A stretch of DNA of 63,061 nucleotides, counting the filler, from Klebsormidium nitens (Eukaryota > Plantae > Klebsormidiophyceae), in assembly GCA_000708835.1 (NCBI GenBank). It is 9 parts of 9 records of this genome, joined end to end, with 100 filler letters (N's around TTAATTAATTAA, not from the genome) between each part and the next. Parts side by side here need not be neighbours in the genome. Positions count along the whole stretch, not along the records: positions 1 to 9,105 come from DF238239.1; positions 9,206 to 19,128 come from DF238179.1; 7 more parts are not named here. The stretch is one strand, 5' to 3'. How positions within the stretch are numbered: position 1 is the stretch's first letter; every line of letters begins with the position of its first letter. Shown piece by piece: positions 1 to 12,459 of the stretch. Under the pieces are notes generated by a model, which worked only from the letters and a program-made list of their open reading frames with translations, did no database searches and had not been told where the DNA came from. The position numbers and the translations under genes were made by a program.

Positions 1-75
1 CGTGTAGGGGGCGGTCTTCTCGTGGACCGTCCCCTTGCCCCCGAACACGTCCTTGAGGGCTTTGTTGACGTACTC
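1..75 (-). mobile_element. Ty1/copia integrase fragment, same family as 54062-57482 and 60330-62883
   Basis: The reverse strand encodes EYVNKALKDVFGGKGTVHEKTAPYT, nearly identical to the integrase at 56500-56572. Similarity stops abruptly at ~75. Confidence 0.9.
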
Positions 76-202
76 ATGTACAAAGCAGTGCCGAGCATCC
101 ATTTACCAGTAAGACAACATCTGGCAGAACCACTTGAATTCCCGCGCATCCATTCAAAACAAACTGCCATTAGCACCAACTATTGAAACCATGCGCGAAT
201 GT

Positions 203-3192
203 CTAGAATTTCCCCCGCTTTGCTTTCACCTGCTCAATCATAGCCTCGTGCTCTGCTATCACGCCCGCATCCTGTCTAAACTCCGCCCTCGCTCTCTTGA
301 ATGCCTGCATTTCGCTCTCGCCTCCCGTGCCTGCCGCTCCGCTTTCTCCGCCGCCCGTTAGGCCTTCGCCAAGTTCCCACTCGGATCCTCTGAGCTTCAC
401 TACCATATTCATCAGCTGTTGGGAGCTTGCATAGCCGGTTTTGTCGACTGGCAAGCCCTCGCTAACATACAGCGCCTCGACCATCATGTTTCGCCCCGGC
501 TCATCGAAGGCTTCTGGCAGGGCCCGCCCGACGAGATTCTCAGAAAAAAGAACCTCGTGATCCGGTGTAGGGAACGGGATAGTTGTAGGAAAGNNNNNNN
601 NNNNNNNNNNNNNNNNNNNNNNNNNNNNNNNNNNNNNNNNNNNNNNNNNNNNNNNNNNNNNNNNNNNNNNNNNNNNNNNNNNNNNNNNNNNNNNNNNNNN
701 NNNNNNNNNNNNNNNNNNNNNNNNNNNNNNNNNNNNNNNNNNNNNNNNNNNNNNNNNNNNNNNNNNNNNNNNNNNNNNNNNNNNNNNNNNNNNNNNNNNN
801 NNNNNNNNNNNNNNNNNNNNNNNNNNNNNNNNNNNNNNNNNNNNNNNNNNNNNNNNNNNNNNNNNNNNNNNNNNNNNNNNNNNNNNNNNNNNNNNNNNNN
901 NNNNNNNNNNNNNNNNNNNNNNNNNNNNNNNNNNNNNNNNNNNNNNNNNNNNNNNNNNNNNNNNNNNNNNNNNNNNNNNNNNNNNNNNNNNNNNNNNNNN
1001 NNNNNNNNNNNNNNNNNNNNNNNNNNNNNNNNNNNNNNNNNNNNNNNNNNNNNNNNNNNNNNNNNNNNNNNNNNNNNNNNNNNNNNNNNNNNNNNNNNNN
1101 NNNNNNNNNNNNNNNNNNNNNNNNNNNNNNNNNNNNNNNNNNNNNNNNNNNNNNNNNNGCGCCTCGACCATCATGTTTCGCCCCGGCTCATCGAAGGCTT
1201 CTGGCAGGGCCCGCCCGACGAGATTCTCAGAAAAAAGAACCTCGTGATCCGGTGTAGGGAACGGGATAGTTGTAGGAAAGAAGCGGGAAAGAACGCTGAG
1301 AAGCCAGAGGTTGTGCTTTGCCTTGAACTTTTCAGCGATTTCGGCGTTATATTTGCTCGCCATCATGACCGCCTCTCCCGGGATTCGGAAGGCCTCCCAA
1401 AAACCACGACCCATATCGCCCAGACCCTTAACCGGCGCCTTACCCGTCGTCTCCCTGCCCGCCTTCTCATAGAATAAGCTTCCTCCGATCTCTTCTTCTT
1501 CCTCCTTCTCCAAGTCCACCGACCCTGAGTCCTCGCTCTCTGAGCCCCCCTCCTCGGACTCACTCTCCTCGATCTCGCTTTCTCCTTCCAAGTCCGTCTC
1601 CGTTCCCTCCGAGTCGACGTCCGCATTCTCTTGATTGGCCGTGGCAGAACGCGGACCCCCTGCGCCGGCCGCCGCCGGCCCGGGCGCTTCCGGAATCGGA
1701 AGCTCGGGCGCCGCTTCAATCACAGTTGCCAAAATCTTCAAGAACTCTCGCCGAAGCGCCACGTGGTCTCGCCCTACAGCTTGATACTGCCAAACCGCCC
1801 GCCTCATCGCCCCTTGAACGCCCAACCCCTGCGAAACGGCGGAGCGCACCACAATCTTTGCAAAGGCCTCGGGGGTGCGGTCTGCGGCACAGAGGTCACC
1901 AAGCCCAACCCTCAGGGTGACGGCCGATGCTCCTCCCGCAGGAGCCGCCAATGCTCGCTCCCGGGCCCCGACTCCTCCGCCTTGCGGTTCGGCGGCCCCC
2001 GGCACTTCATACCCGATTGCCCGGATCAGTCGCTCCTTTGAGACACCCTCCCCCTCCACTTCCTCCGCCACCTCAAACTCCGACTCCTCGTCTCTATCTC
2101 CCAGCGGCCGCCATCCCAAGTCCTTTGCCCCAACGTCATCTTCTCGCTCTTCGTCTGGCGTCCCAACCGCACCTTCCCTTCCCTTTCTATTTGCCGAATC
2201 ACGCAACATCTGGTACAGCTGGAACGGGTGGGCATTGGTGCCCGTAGCGTACTTCAGCTGCGTTTCCGAGTAGTACGCCCCGGACAACCCTCTAACCACA
2301 AACACGGGGAGCGCCCTCAGCATGTCCGCCATTGCCTCCCCCTCCCGGCGCAGCTGATCAGCCGTACTCAATCCCTCACTCGCCCACGCTTCCCGCTGCT
2401 CTTTCCACGTCTGCATCTGGATGCTGGTCTCGGCCCACGTCCCTCTCTCCAACCATTCATTGAAGACGTACACGGTCGCGTCTTCAATGGAGACCGTTCT
2501 TCCCTCCAGCCCCTGGTACTTCGAATCGATGGCCGGGGGCTGGAGAACACCATGCCCACGGCCCTTCGAAGCGCCGAACAGGTCGCTGATGCGCTTGCAC
2601 CGTGAGTACCACTTACTGTTGGCCGGACCTTCCGCTGAACCTGCATTGCAAGGACTGGCGCACGCATTCAATTTTGATCGATCATTTGCGGAAATGTGAA
2701 TCTCGGCGCGCCGGCCGCGGCTATAGCACTACGCGGCCGCGGCTCGTCTGTTGAGCCGCGGCTGCACAACAGGCCCCAGAACTCGCGCACACATTCAATT
2801 TGCGGCAGGAAAGACCATGTCTTTGAAACTGTGCGCAAACCTTACACGGGCGGCCGCCAAGTGACAGGTTGCTGGCACGCGCACGCACGCGCTATCTTTG
2901 CACAGTTCGGCGCACAGATTCACAAGGTATTGCCAGACAGTTCCACAGTGAAATCTTGCGCGCACGGCTACCAAGTATTTTGTTTTTAACACGTACATGA
3001 GAAGCGTACCTGGTTCTGGCAAGGAAGCTGTTCTCGAAAGCTCCTCGACGAAGGACGCCAAGACAGCAACAACAACTCTTCCGTCCGATGTGACTTCCTT
3101 CTCCGAAAAGACCCTCCAATCGTGCATGAGCCGGGCGTACACCGGCTTGCCCTCCAAGGCCGCGGCATTCGCAGCTAGCGTAGCAGAGATAT
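203..3192 (-). CDS. Spliced gene for an uncharacterised acidic protein (exons 3192-3010 and 2640-203); 5' end unresolved
   Basis: The 183-bp phase 1-1 exon (AAATAG|ATATCT ... CCAG|GTACGC) splices in frame to AATGCAG|GTTCAG at 2640. A long open GC-rich exon with an E/S/D-rich tract follows. The flanks of the N gap 594-1158 overlap by an identical 122 bp, so the last exon is probably ~229 codons shorter than the ORF track shows. No recognisable domain. Confidence 0.6.
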
Positions 3193-3602
3193 CTATTTGA
3201 ACGTTGAAAAACGATTCTGGTGGACCGGGCCGCTCTGCAAGATCAGCGGGCAACATATAGAACACTCGAATAGTATTGTGCCAACATTGTACATGTAGCC
3301 ACATGTGCAGCCAGGTCGCCTAAACATGATGCAAGCGAATATGGGACTTTGCTCATGACAAGAATTCACAAACATATTTGTACAACCCAGGAGCGTACTA
3401 CATATACAAGACAAATGGTTGGTTCTTAAATGGCAACTGTCAGGAAGCACCGGCTACGAGCTCCACGTTCTCAATTCTATACAAAAACCACCCAAAGCAG
3501 CCATTTCTAAAACCTGAAAAAGCATGGCAAGTTGTTAAAGCTATCCTACCCGCTCCACTTGCACCTTCCATCCTACTGGTCTTCTTGGACAATTTGCTCC
3601 TC

Positions 3603-5374
3603 CTACCCTTCCGCGACTAGGAGCGCCGCCTCGAGCTCCACTTCAGCTTCCCCCCTCCCCTGAGCGAGCTTCTCCTCGCGCACGGGCTCCCGGTTCTCGG
3701 CCAACTCCCGGGCCCTCTCCGCTGCCACTCGCTTCTCCTGCTCCCGGGCCTCTTTCAACGCCTTCTTCCTTGCCTTCTCCTCCACTTCCGCCTCGAGCAC
3801 CCTCACCCTTTCCGCTGCAGCTGCCGTCTCGTCCTCCTCCTCCTCCTCGGGCTCCGACTCAACAAGGGTCTCCTGCTGCCCCTTGAGGAATTCCCTAACG
3901 CGCCTGTCGTATTCCGCCCTGCGCCGCGCTTCACCGCCGCTGCGTTTTGCCCTGGGTGGAACGAACCCCGTGCCCGGAATCCGCTCCCTCAGCCGAGGGT
4001 CCCACTCCGGTGCGCCGGCAAGCTCTTCTCCCGCACCAAAGTACTTCACCGAGGATTTTAGCACCTCGGTCTTGTCTCCGGGAAGATCTCCCCGGATGCG
4101 CCGTGCAAGCTTGATGTCCTTGGGTTGCAAAGTGACCCGCTTGGCGTGCACCGCTGCAAAGTTGGCGTCTTCGAGGACGTTGGAGGAGTAGTCCTCTGTA
4201 GCAGTCTGAAGCGCGGAGACGGCGTTATTGGTCCAGCTGTAGAGGTAGCGCATAGATTCATTGGCGCCCTGCTTTACCGGTGAAATGTGAAACCATGCGC
4301 GGTCAGCCAATGCCCATCATGAAAGGCGCGCACGGGTTCAAAAGCGTTGCAATCAAGCTGAAATATTGAAATCTCGCGCGGGACGGGGAAACAACACTAC
4401 AGTGGAATTGTGCAGCCCAAAGGCAAACTAGAAGTGTCCTCACGACGCCACTTTTGAGAATATTGAGAAGAGTAGGTAGGACATGAAAACAAGCAGCCCG
4501 CTCTGAAAACTACAAGTTTCAAGATGGCAAGACGAGCGGCGCGCAGACGTTCAAATATCGAGCATTAGGACGTCTAAATTGAAACCCTGCGCAGGTTCAA
4601 GCAGAACTAAATTTGAGGGTACATGCAGAGACCAGCTTTGAAAAGTAAAGGTATTGAGAACAAAAGAGCAAAACCAAAGGTGCCCATCAGCGATTTTCAA
4701 CAAGCTTGGTAGCAAAATTGCTAGATGAAGCAAGTGGGCCGCTCAAAAGAAGAATATTACTCCGTGAAAGAAAGTCGCGCATAGAATGATTGAAGTAGCC
4801 ATTTCACAAACGGCATTGCTTCAGAATGCACGAAGAAAAAGCTGCTGCATTAAAAAGGAGGGCGACACAAATCACATTGTCTTCAAACCCGAGCATTACA
4901 ATTCCAGTCCTAAGCCTGCGCTAGTACGGTCACATTGAGGCACTCACCGAATGTCGTTCCGCCCGGTGACGTTGATGGTGATCTCTCTAATCACACGGTT
5001 GAAAGGCAAGCGGCGAATGAGAAGGGCGCCGGTTCTCTGGTACTTCCTGATCTCCTTGAGGGACTGGGGAGGCGCGCCTTGTAGCGCTTCTTGGCGGGCG
5101 GCTCCTGAGTGGGGGTAGGCGGGTTTTTCACTGCCACGTCCCGGCCTCTCTTTTCACCCGCCACGGGTTGCTTTCCCTTTCCTGCAGCCGCCGCCTTCCG
5201 AGATTCCTCAAGCTTATTGCGCTTTTGCTTCAGCTTGTCTAGGTGTTTGTTCAACTTGGGAGGCTTTTTCATGGGCCCTTTGCCCCCGCTGCCCCGCGCC
5301 GGCTCCGGCGCATTAGTTTCCTGGGCCTGGTTAGAGGGCCCTGCTTCATCTGGCCTGGCAAACCTTTGCCGCAT
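3603..5374 (-). CDS. Divergent histone H3-fold protein (exons 5374-4948 and 4236-3603) with ~96-aa N tail and ~160-aa charged C-terminal extension; one frameshift near 5065
   Basis: The spliced translation ...[46 protein letters not shown]|[50 protein letters not shown] aligns to the H3 alphaN-alpha3 fold. Donor CG|GTGAGT (4948) and acceptor CTCTACAG|C (4236) keep the frame. Confidence 0.88.
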
Positions 5375-7315
5375 TTCGAGTGTTGGCTGACGGGGACTGG
5401 AAGAATACCAGGAGCAAGGTCTTGCGCCCTTATGAGTCAAGCGCCCTTTGTCGACGAGCCTATCTTGGAAATGAGCCTGAGTGTATCATGTTTCCCGCTA
5501 GATCTGGCAACCCTGAGTATCGTGACCCGCTAAAACCCTAAATGGAGTATATCCGACACGTGCGCGCGGGCATTCACACAGGCAAAAGCGTTGGCAGGGT
5601 TTTTGAATATCCGCGCCCCGCGGCATGCGCCGCGGCTCCTGCGCGGCGCCGCGACTGGCGGTACGCACCCGATCGGCACCATGCGGCACAAGGGCATGAA
5701 CATCCAGACATGTAACCGGCACACCGGGCGGCATCTCATCACTCTGATGCACAGCAACACAACTGCCGTTTACATTGGGGATCGGCACGCATACCGCCGC
5801 CCATATATATCAAGGGCGCCGCGCGTCAGATAATTCCGCCGCACGGCGAACGACTTTGCCGCTCAAATCGGCACCAGCCTGTGCGGCACCTGCGCGGCAC
5901 GGCCCATTCAAGCGTATTTGCCGGCGGCACACCATCCTAAATACGCGCGGCGAGACCCGATTTTTCCGATGTCGAGTCGTGTGGGTCGTCCGATGGTAGT
6001 TGTTGGAGTTATTGAAGCTTGGCCGTCGAATTGAAAAGGGAACATCTAGGCAAATAGCGGCTCCACGTATGCAGCAGACTACATAGCTTTGCGAGTCTGA
6101 AAACTACGTCATCCTTGACATCAGCGAGACAGTGGTGGGGTACGGTACATATTTGTAGGATATGGTCGGTACCACCAAGTTTAATTGGGTGCGCTAAAGT
6201 GCTCGTGGCAAAAGCGGGTTACAATGAGGGCAAATACCGATCTTGATGGAGTTAGCTGGGGAGTTAGGTTGGGTACGGGTGGGCCCCTAGGGGAACGCCT
6301 TAGGGTTTGTCAAATGCCGGGTTACTGCTCAATGTTTACCCTTAGTCATTTCGTGTGTGGTAGGGGTTTAACCCTGTGTGACATCATCAATGACGCATAT
6401 TGTAAGACTAGCAAACTTTGGTACCTACGTCCAAATAAGCTAGAGTAGCCTGGGTTACGTGTTTAGACTTGACTTATCCTCTCGAGACTGTGATGGACTT
6501 GTTCCTAGTAGTTGTGCATTTGAATGGCGCTCTAAGACGCTTTTTTTCAGAAACATTTTAGCATTCTTGAATCAACCTTTGAGCGAATTCAGCTGCGACT
6601 TTCTGCTCTTCAAACGTAGGAAATTTGCTAACAGGTTTCATCTTGGCCGGGGCATCATTGACTATATCCATCTCATGTTGAATCGGGGTTGTGTACCGCA
6701 ATTCTCACTTACTTCGAGTAAAGGCTTGGATATTGCTTCTTATTGAGACCAAAAGCTTGGCTTTCTGATCCACTGTTGGATTTCACCGAGCTTGATGTCG
6801 GCCAGCATCTTTTTGAAGTCCTCAGGCGTACATTCTTGAGAACGTGACTGGTGAGAATACACTTGAAAAGTGGTTTAAGAAGACGGTTTGAACCTATCCA
6901 CGTTAACTCAAATGGATCTTTCAAAGTACCCGCGCATGCTTAACAATTTTCTTCACGAAGGAGTTCTTCAGACAATTCGCTTTGCACCACTGACGTGCTA
7001 GTTCAAATCACGTTCCAACCTGAAGTCTACACCTCTGAAGCTTTAGATTGACTTTTCTTCAAGTAATCTCGTGAACGTAGCTACTCATTTGGCATTCGTG
7101 CGATCAGGATTGCAGGCTTTTCGAAGCAGCGAGCTTAAAGGAAGGCATCAAATCTAACCGAGGGCGACGGTAACTAGTCGTCGAGGGTAGTGACGAAGTA
7201 GCTTTTCGAGAGGTTCTTCTTGTTCGGCGTGCTTCATCAGGAGACGAATGGCAAACTCGCGTCTTTAACTCCGGCAGATGTTAACATTCAAAAGGTTCAC
7301 GATGTTATTGGCCAC

Positions 7316-7659
7316 TGTTGAAACATGGCGTTGTTGGGAATGAATGAACAAATGATCAAAGTTCACACAATGCATCTCAAGTGTTCGAAGTATAGCGGCG
7401 CTAAAGCTATCTTCATACTCTTATAGGCTCAGTTGATCGCGGATAAGCAAAGCCGAAAGTCTCGTGCAGATTAATCTTAATAAATTTGAATTTCTACGGC
7501 TACTATCGAATCTACTCATCATTTACGGCGGTTAACCTAAAAATTATTCGGATGTAATACTGTAACCCGCGCGCATTTATTTGCCAACCGCTAACTCCAA
7601 TTATCGTCTTATTGACGTCACCCAAGATATCGCGCACAGTAACCGCCCGAATCTCGACA
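7316..7659 (+). mobile_element. Solo LTR (older copy), same family as 54348-54733
   Basis: Ends are TGTTGAAAC...CTCGACA, flanked by GCCAC/GCTAC (5-bp TSD, one mismatch). It is colinear with the reverse complement of 54348-54733 (shared GGCGTTGTTGGGAAT, CTACGGCTACTATCGAA, ATCGCGCACA, GCCCGAATCTC). Confidence 0.85.
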
Positions 7660-9105
7660 GCTACCAAGACGGTATGAAAACACTCTCTAGGCGTCACAAC
7701 GGAGCACCAATCCGCACATTGGATCAACATCTTTCCTTCTGCGGACTAGATCTTTCCAGAAGACGTTTCAACTTGTATGTCATCTTTTTCATATGACTTC
7801 CCACGGAAGCCTCGCTTGCTCGACTTGACGTGCATTGATTCCCGAGTCTACCCTATCCGCACCTCCCCGACCGGCTCAAATTCACCCATAATTTCCGTTT
7901 TGATCGGATGTTTCGTTCGAAACGCGTTTTGCGGCCCACAATAGACGGTTAGATTTGATTCGCCTGGTGCATTGTGGCGCGAAACGCGAGCTGATAGGGC
8001 ATCCGTTCCAGCTCACTGAAGGGCATCTGTTCCAATTCCTTCGACCTGCACAAATGCTACAAGAGAAACATAATCTTTAACGACATTTCTTTATGAGCGA
8101 AGACGGTTTCAAAAGGCTGTCCTGGTACTACTCCGACTATTTCTCCGGCTGCCATGTGTCCACCAGCCGCGCGCGTCGGCTTGTGCGCCTTCTTCTCGTG
8201 CGTCGAATGGAAAAGCAGCTTATCCAATGTACGTGCAAATCAACCCGAAAGTGTCAATTACGTGATGATGAGCAATAGCAATCTGTGCCACAATTGTTTA
8301 GAAGCGCTATTATTTCTAATCAGAAAGAGTCTCGCCGTTCTTGGCTTTCTTTTCCCGAAATTCTGTTTCTGCTCTTCAGAAGCAGTGTTTTGGATAGGTT
8401 TGGGCGGACTTTTCTTGTGCAAACCGTGAGAAGCATCCTTCTTTTGACTTTCGAGCGGAGAGATCCTCCACGACTTCCCGGATCGGATTACCGTTCTCTC
8501 GAGCTCGTTTTTCTCAAAACATTTCTTCATCCTTTGAGTCAAGAAGGCCGTCATTAGAGCTTACATAATCCGTCTCGCCCGATGCCGAATCCGATGAGGG
8601 TTCGCTTGCAAAGAGCTCGTCACGCGAGGTCGCATGCATGTTGATCTTTTAAATCCGAGTATGAAAGTTGGCCTTTTTCCATTATGTGAGCTCATTTGAT
8701 CGAATTCAATAAGATCATGCCTTCTCGCCGGATTATGAGGCATTGGGAGAATGGCTCTACCTTACATGAACTCCCGGGTCAGCTTGAGCCCTATCAACTC
8801 TCGCCCTTCTCTTCAAGGTCGGTGCCTACCCCAATGGTCACTCAGGGTTCGAGACGTTTCAAAATTTAGAGCTTCATTATTTACAACATAGCTTTCAGTA
8901 GTACGGTCGATATCAGAAGAGATAAACCACGATCCTTCAATTACACGACACAACTCACGATCCTGCGGATCAAATCTGTGAGCTCAACGCAACAATTTCA
9001 ACGTCAATCAACTCCAATTTTCAACAAGGAAAATGTGATGGTTGGCCAGCTATATGCAGAGAGCTGGCAGGATGACTACACACGATCAGCTTTCATGTGC
9101 GAAAA

Positions 9106-9205
9106 NNNNNNNNNNNNNNNNNNNNNNNNNNNNNNNNNNNNNNNNNNNNTTAATTAATTAANNNNNNNNNNNNNNNNNNNNNNNNNNNNNNNNNNNNNNN
9201 NNNNN
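9106..9205. other. Artificial contig spacer (44 N + TTAATTAATTAA + 44 N); also at 19129-19228, 34202-34301, 38597-38696, 45936-46035, 53962-54061, 57483-57582, 60230-60329
   Basis: The same 100-bp structure occurs eight times. TTAATTAATTAA gives stop codons in all six frames. Confidence 0.97.
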
Positions 9206-12200
9206 CGGTGATCCGGTGGCATTTCTAGTTCAATACAATACGCTGACTCCTGAGTCTGACTCCTGAGGGGCTTTTCAAATATGTACGGCATATTGAGTCC
9301 GCATACATACATACATGTCCCTACCTGTACGCCTACGACCCAACGTCTAATATGCTACGATCTTGGATTAGGCTCGCAAATAAATGAGCAGAGCAAAGCA
9401 AATTAAACTTAAAGTTAAAGGGTCCTCGTGCTTTTGCTTCTTGGAAGCCTCTTTCTGTGAGCTCACAATTAAAATGGCATCGTCTGCGGCGGCGCTTCTG
9501 GCTGGACAGCATGCAGGCGTTGCGGCTTCTCCTTGGCAGACAGAGAGGGTTATTGGTGCAGCAGGTACGATTGCTCTCTTGCTGAATTTTTCAATTAAAA
9601 TTTCACGCAGAAATAGGTTCTGTTCTTTTTCGCAGGTGGTTGCAGGGGTTCTAGCAGGGATTGAGTACGAAACTGAGAGGAGAAAGCTATGTCCTCCCTG
9701 CCTTGCAACGTGCAAAAAGTTGACGGTAAATGCTCATGGGTTTTATGCGAGTACATCGCTTAGTATGTTGGCAGTAGAGCCATTAGAGACTTATTTGTAC
9801 GCTCCACCCTTTTGTGAAATTCGCAACCGTATCATATCTCAAAGCTGTTCAACTCGTTGGCTTCTTTGCCTGAACACCTGTGTTGCACTACAGTGGCCAA
9901 TATTGCAGGCTGGATCGCAGGGTGGCAAAACCACACCTGCCTTTTTCTTTTTTGGAGGAGTCCTGCCACTTTTCAGTGATTCAATTGCATTCTCTTCTTG
10001 AGTATTCACAAAAGAAGGTTTGCAGGGGCAATGCTTTGCATGATGTATTTTCCTCTGTTCAAGCTCACAATGATCACCGATGGTGTGAGTCGGTTTTCTG
10101 TGAGAAAACGCTGTCTGCTTCCTCAGACCATTACTGCAACCGGTCTTCGTGGTGTACCTTCTCAAGATGCCATTCGGCAACCTGATTTTGGGTCCAGATT
10201 ATTTTTGAATGGAAGTGGGCAACACCAGCCCTGCAACTCTCCTGAGAACCAGTGCTCCTCCCTTCTTGCTGTGCAGGGCTCTCGGAAAACCTCAGCTCGT
10301 CAAATAATCCGCGCGGCCTCTCATACTCCTCCGGCATCTCGGTCTTGTTTGGTCGGAACGCCTCTTTTTATATGAAGCAGGGTGAGCTCCAACAAACCTT
10401 GAAGCAGATTATGGCTAGCTGTGTGCCTCTTATGGTGAATCGCTCTCTCCTGGGGTTCGTGCTATGGGACATTTGCATTGACCAATGTGAAGCAGTCTTT
10501 CTCTTCGAAACCTTCAGTTCGACATAAAAGTTGGTTTGTAGGGTGTCCATCAGTGTTCCGCAGACTCATCTCCATTGTAACTGAACGGGTGGGTTATTGA
10601 GTGACTGCGGCCTCTTGCAATTCTCGCGCTTCCTATTTCGAATTTGCGATCCGTTTTTGTGCTTTGCGTTTCTATGGCGGAAGTCGATCGCTCACTGGCT
10701 GCGATGGCGAAAGCATGTTCGTTAGAATTGGCGACCAGGTAAATGTCTTGCCCTCATGGCTTCGCCACGATCAGGAGAGGAACGCCCTCCAGAGCCGCAC
10801 AAGGAGAGTTGCTGACCCCGCCAATCAAACCTCAAGGAGATATTCAAGTTCCATATTTCAAAGCACTCGGTGTTTCTATTTGTGCCTTGCATTGCCGATG
10901 GATTCCTTGTCAACGCACTGCAGAGCCCGCTCTCTCTGTCCTTGTTTCTTTCGCTGTCAAGTTGTGGAAGCAATCTTCCAGCAATGTTGTACTCCTCATA
11001 TTGACTACAGGGTCAGCAAAAGCCTCCCTTCCTTTCTTCCGTCTGCGCTCTTTATGGAAGTGATTCGCACACTATCACCTTTTCTGACGTCCTCCAGGAA
11101 ACCCTGACAAGGTCGAGCTTAGAAGAGACAAGTGCTGGCCGTTTCGTACAGTTCTTGGCAGCATCCGAACACCAAGAGAGATAAGCTGATGCACTTGCTA
11201 CTTCAGGAGAGTGAGAGGAGCAACAAATTGAAAGATTCGGACCATTTGTCCTTATCCTGCAGCGGCGTTGGAGGGAGAAAGGAGAAACAAGCTTGCCGGT
11301 CTTCAGGAGGCGGTGGTCCATCATGCAGTGAGATGTGAGCTACTTTCTGCCCCGCCTCTCGCTTTTAACATTGTTAGCATTAAATTTTTTCGATAGTGAC
11401 CACTTTTTAGTTGCACCAGGCTGACGGCGGGTTTTTAGTCAGGTTAGGCTGAACCGGCTCGCCACTTGGCAGCATTCTGATGCCCGAAGCGAGTAAGCAT
11501 TTATTGTTGAACCTGGCACATATTCAGTGTTTTCCGACACTCTGGGCAGCCGTATAATCACCAAATCGTGACGTGACTACAGGAGGGTGCCAAGAGGTTT
11601 TCGGATTTTTTCGAGGTCAATATATTCGCAACTTACACAGCCTGGAACGGTCTTAGGTCCTTGTTCGAATCAATCAGAAGGACCGACCTGTCGACTGTTG
11701 TTCAGAAGCACCCTCTGCGACGAGAGTCTGTAGGAGACTTCCGTACGTTCGTCTTGAACATCTTCTGGTAGTATTGGCAGGCTGATTAGAGCATTCCGCT
11801 CACTGAAAAGTAGATGTCGCAACAAGAACGGAGCTGTCAGGAAGCTTCCCAGGATCCCGCGAGTAAGTTAAGGCGCTTTCACGGTCTCGTATTGCCGTCG
11901 AGGGCACGAGAATCTGTTTTGCGGCACCCGCTATCTGTGTGAGTTTACGACCAACTTCGTGGTTGCTACGTAGACGGCACTTGGGAGCTCGTCCGAAAGT
12001 CTCTCGTTACAGCTTCGGAGAATGTTCAAATGCTGGCTGTCAGCGCCCGCACCGGCATATGTCACAGGAAACGAGGGCGTATCTGGATTCAAGTTAACTC
12101 CTTGCTTTGGCGCTCCGGATCCCTGGGACCTGTCGACGGAATTAAATGCGCGACTGCAGCAGCTAACACCCCAAATCCGGCTTGCCTGGAAGGTCATTTC

Positions 12201-12459
12201 TCTGTCTTCTGGCTCGCAGCGCCAAAAGTCAAGCGGCTCAGTGTCTTTCCCAGTTCAAGTGCATCAGTGACGGAACAAGCGGATGGTTGCAGCATGGGGT
12301 CCTCAGGTGCTTCCTGTGAATCGGCTTCCGAATCTGTTCCAGGACGCTCTGCTTCTTCTGCACTTCCGGGCGTCCGAAGGCACTGGTCCAGCCCAAGAAC
12401 AAAGACGTTGTTTGCTGTTGGATCTCAAGTGGGGCCCGGCCCGCTGTCTTGAAGTTACA

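Noticed and set aside
472-1280. Perfect 122-bp direct repeat (472-593 and 1159-1280) flanking a 565-N gap, giving a repeated peptide in the 822-aa ORF
   Set aside because: Identical sequence on both edges of a gap indicates overlapping contig ends (negative gap), not a biological repeat.
6240-6380. TTAGGG/TAGGGG-like words suggesting interstitial telomere repeat
   Set aside because: Only a few scattered, non-tandem matches.
9150-9161. Recurrent TTAATTAATTAA palindrome (8 copies)
   Set aside because: Always centred in 44+44 N. It is an artificial six-frame-stop linker.
9206-12200. Scattered exon-like and decayed coding stretches (also 6500-6950, 8100-8550, 26600-28500)
   Set aside because: Could not be assembled into phase-consistent models or assigned to a family, so they are not reported as features.
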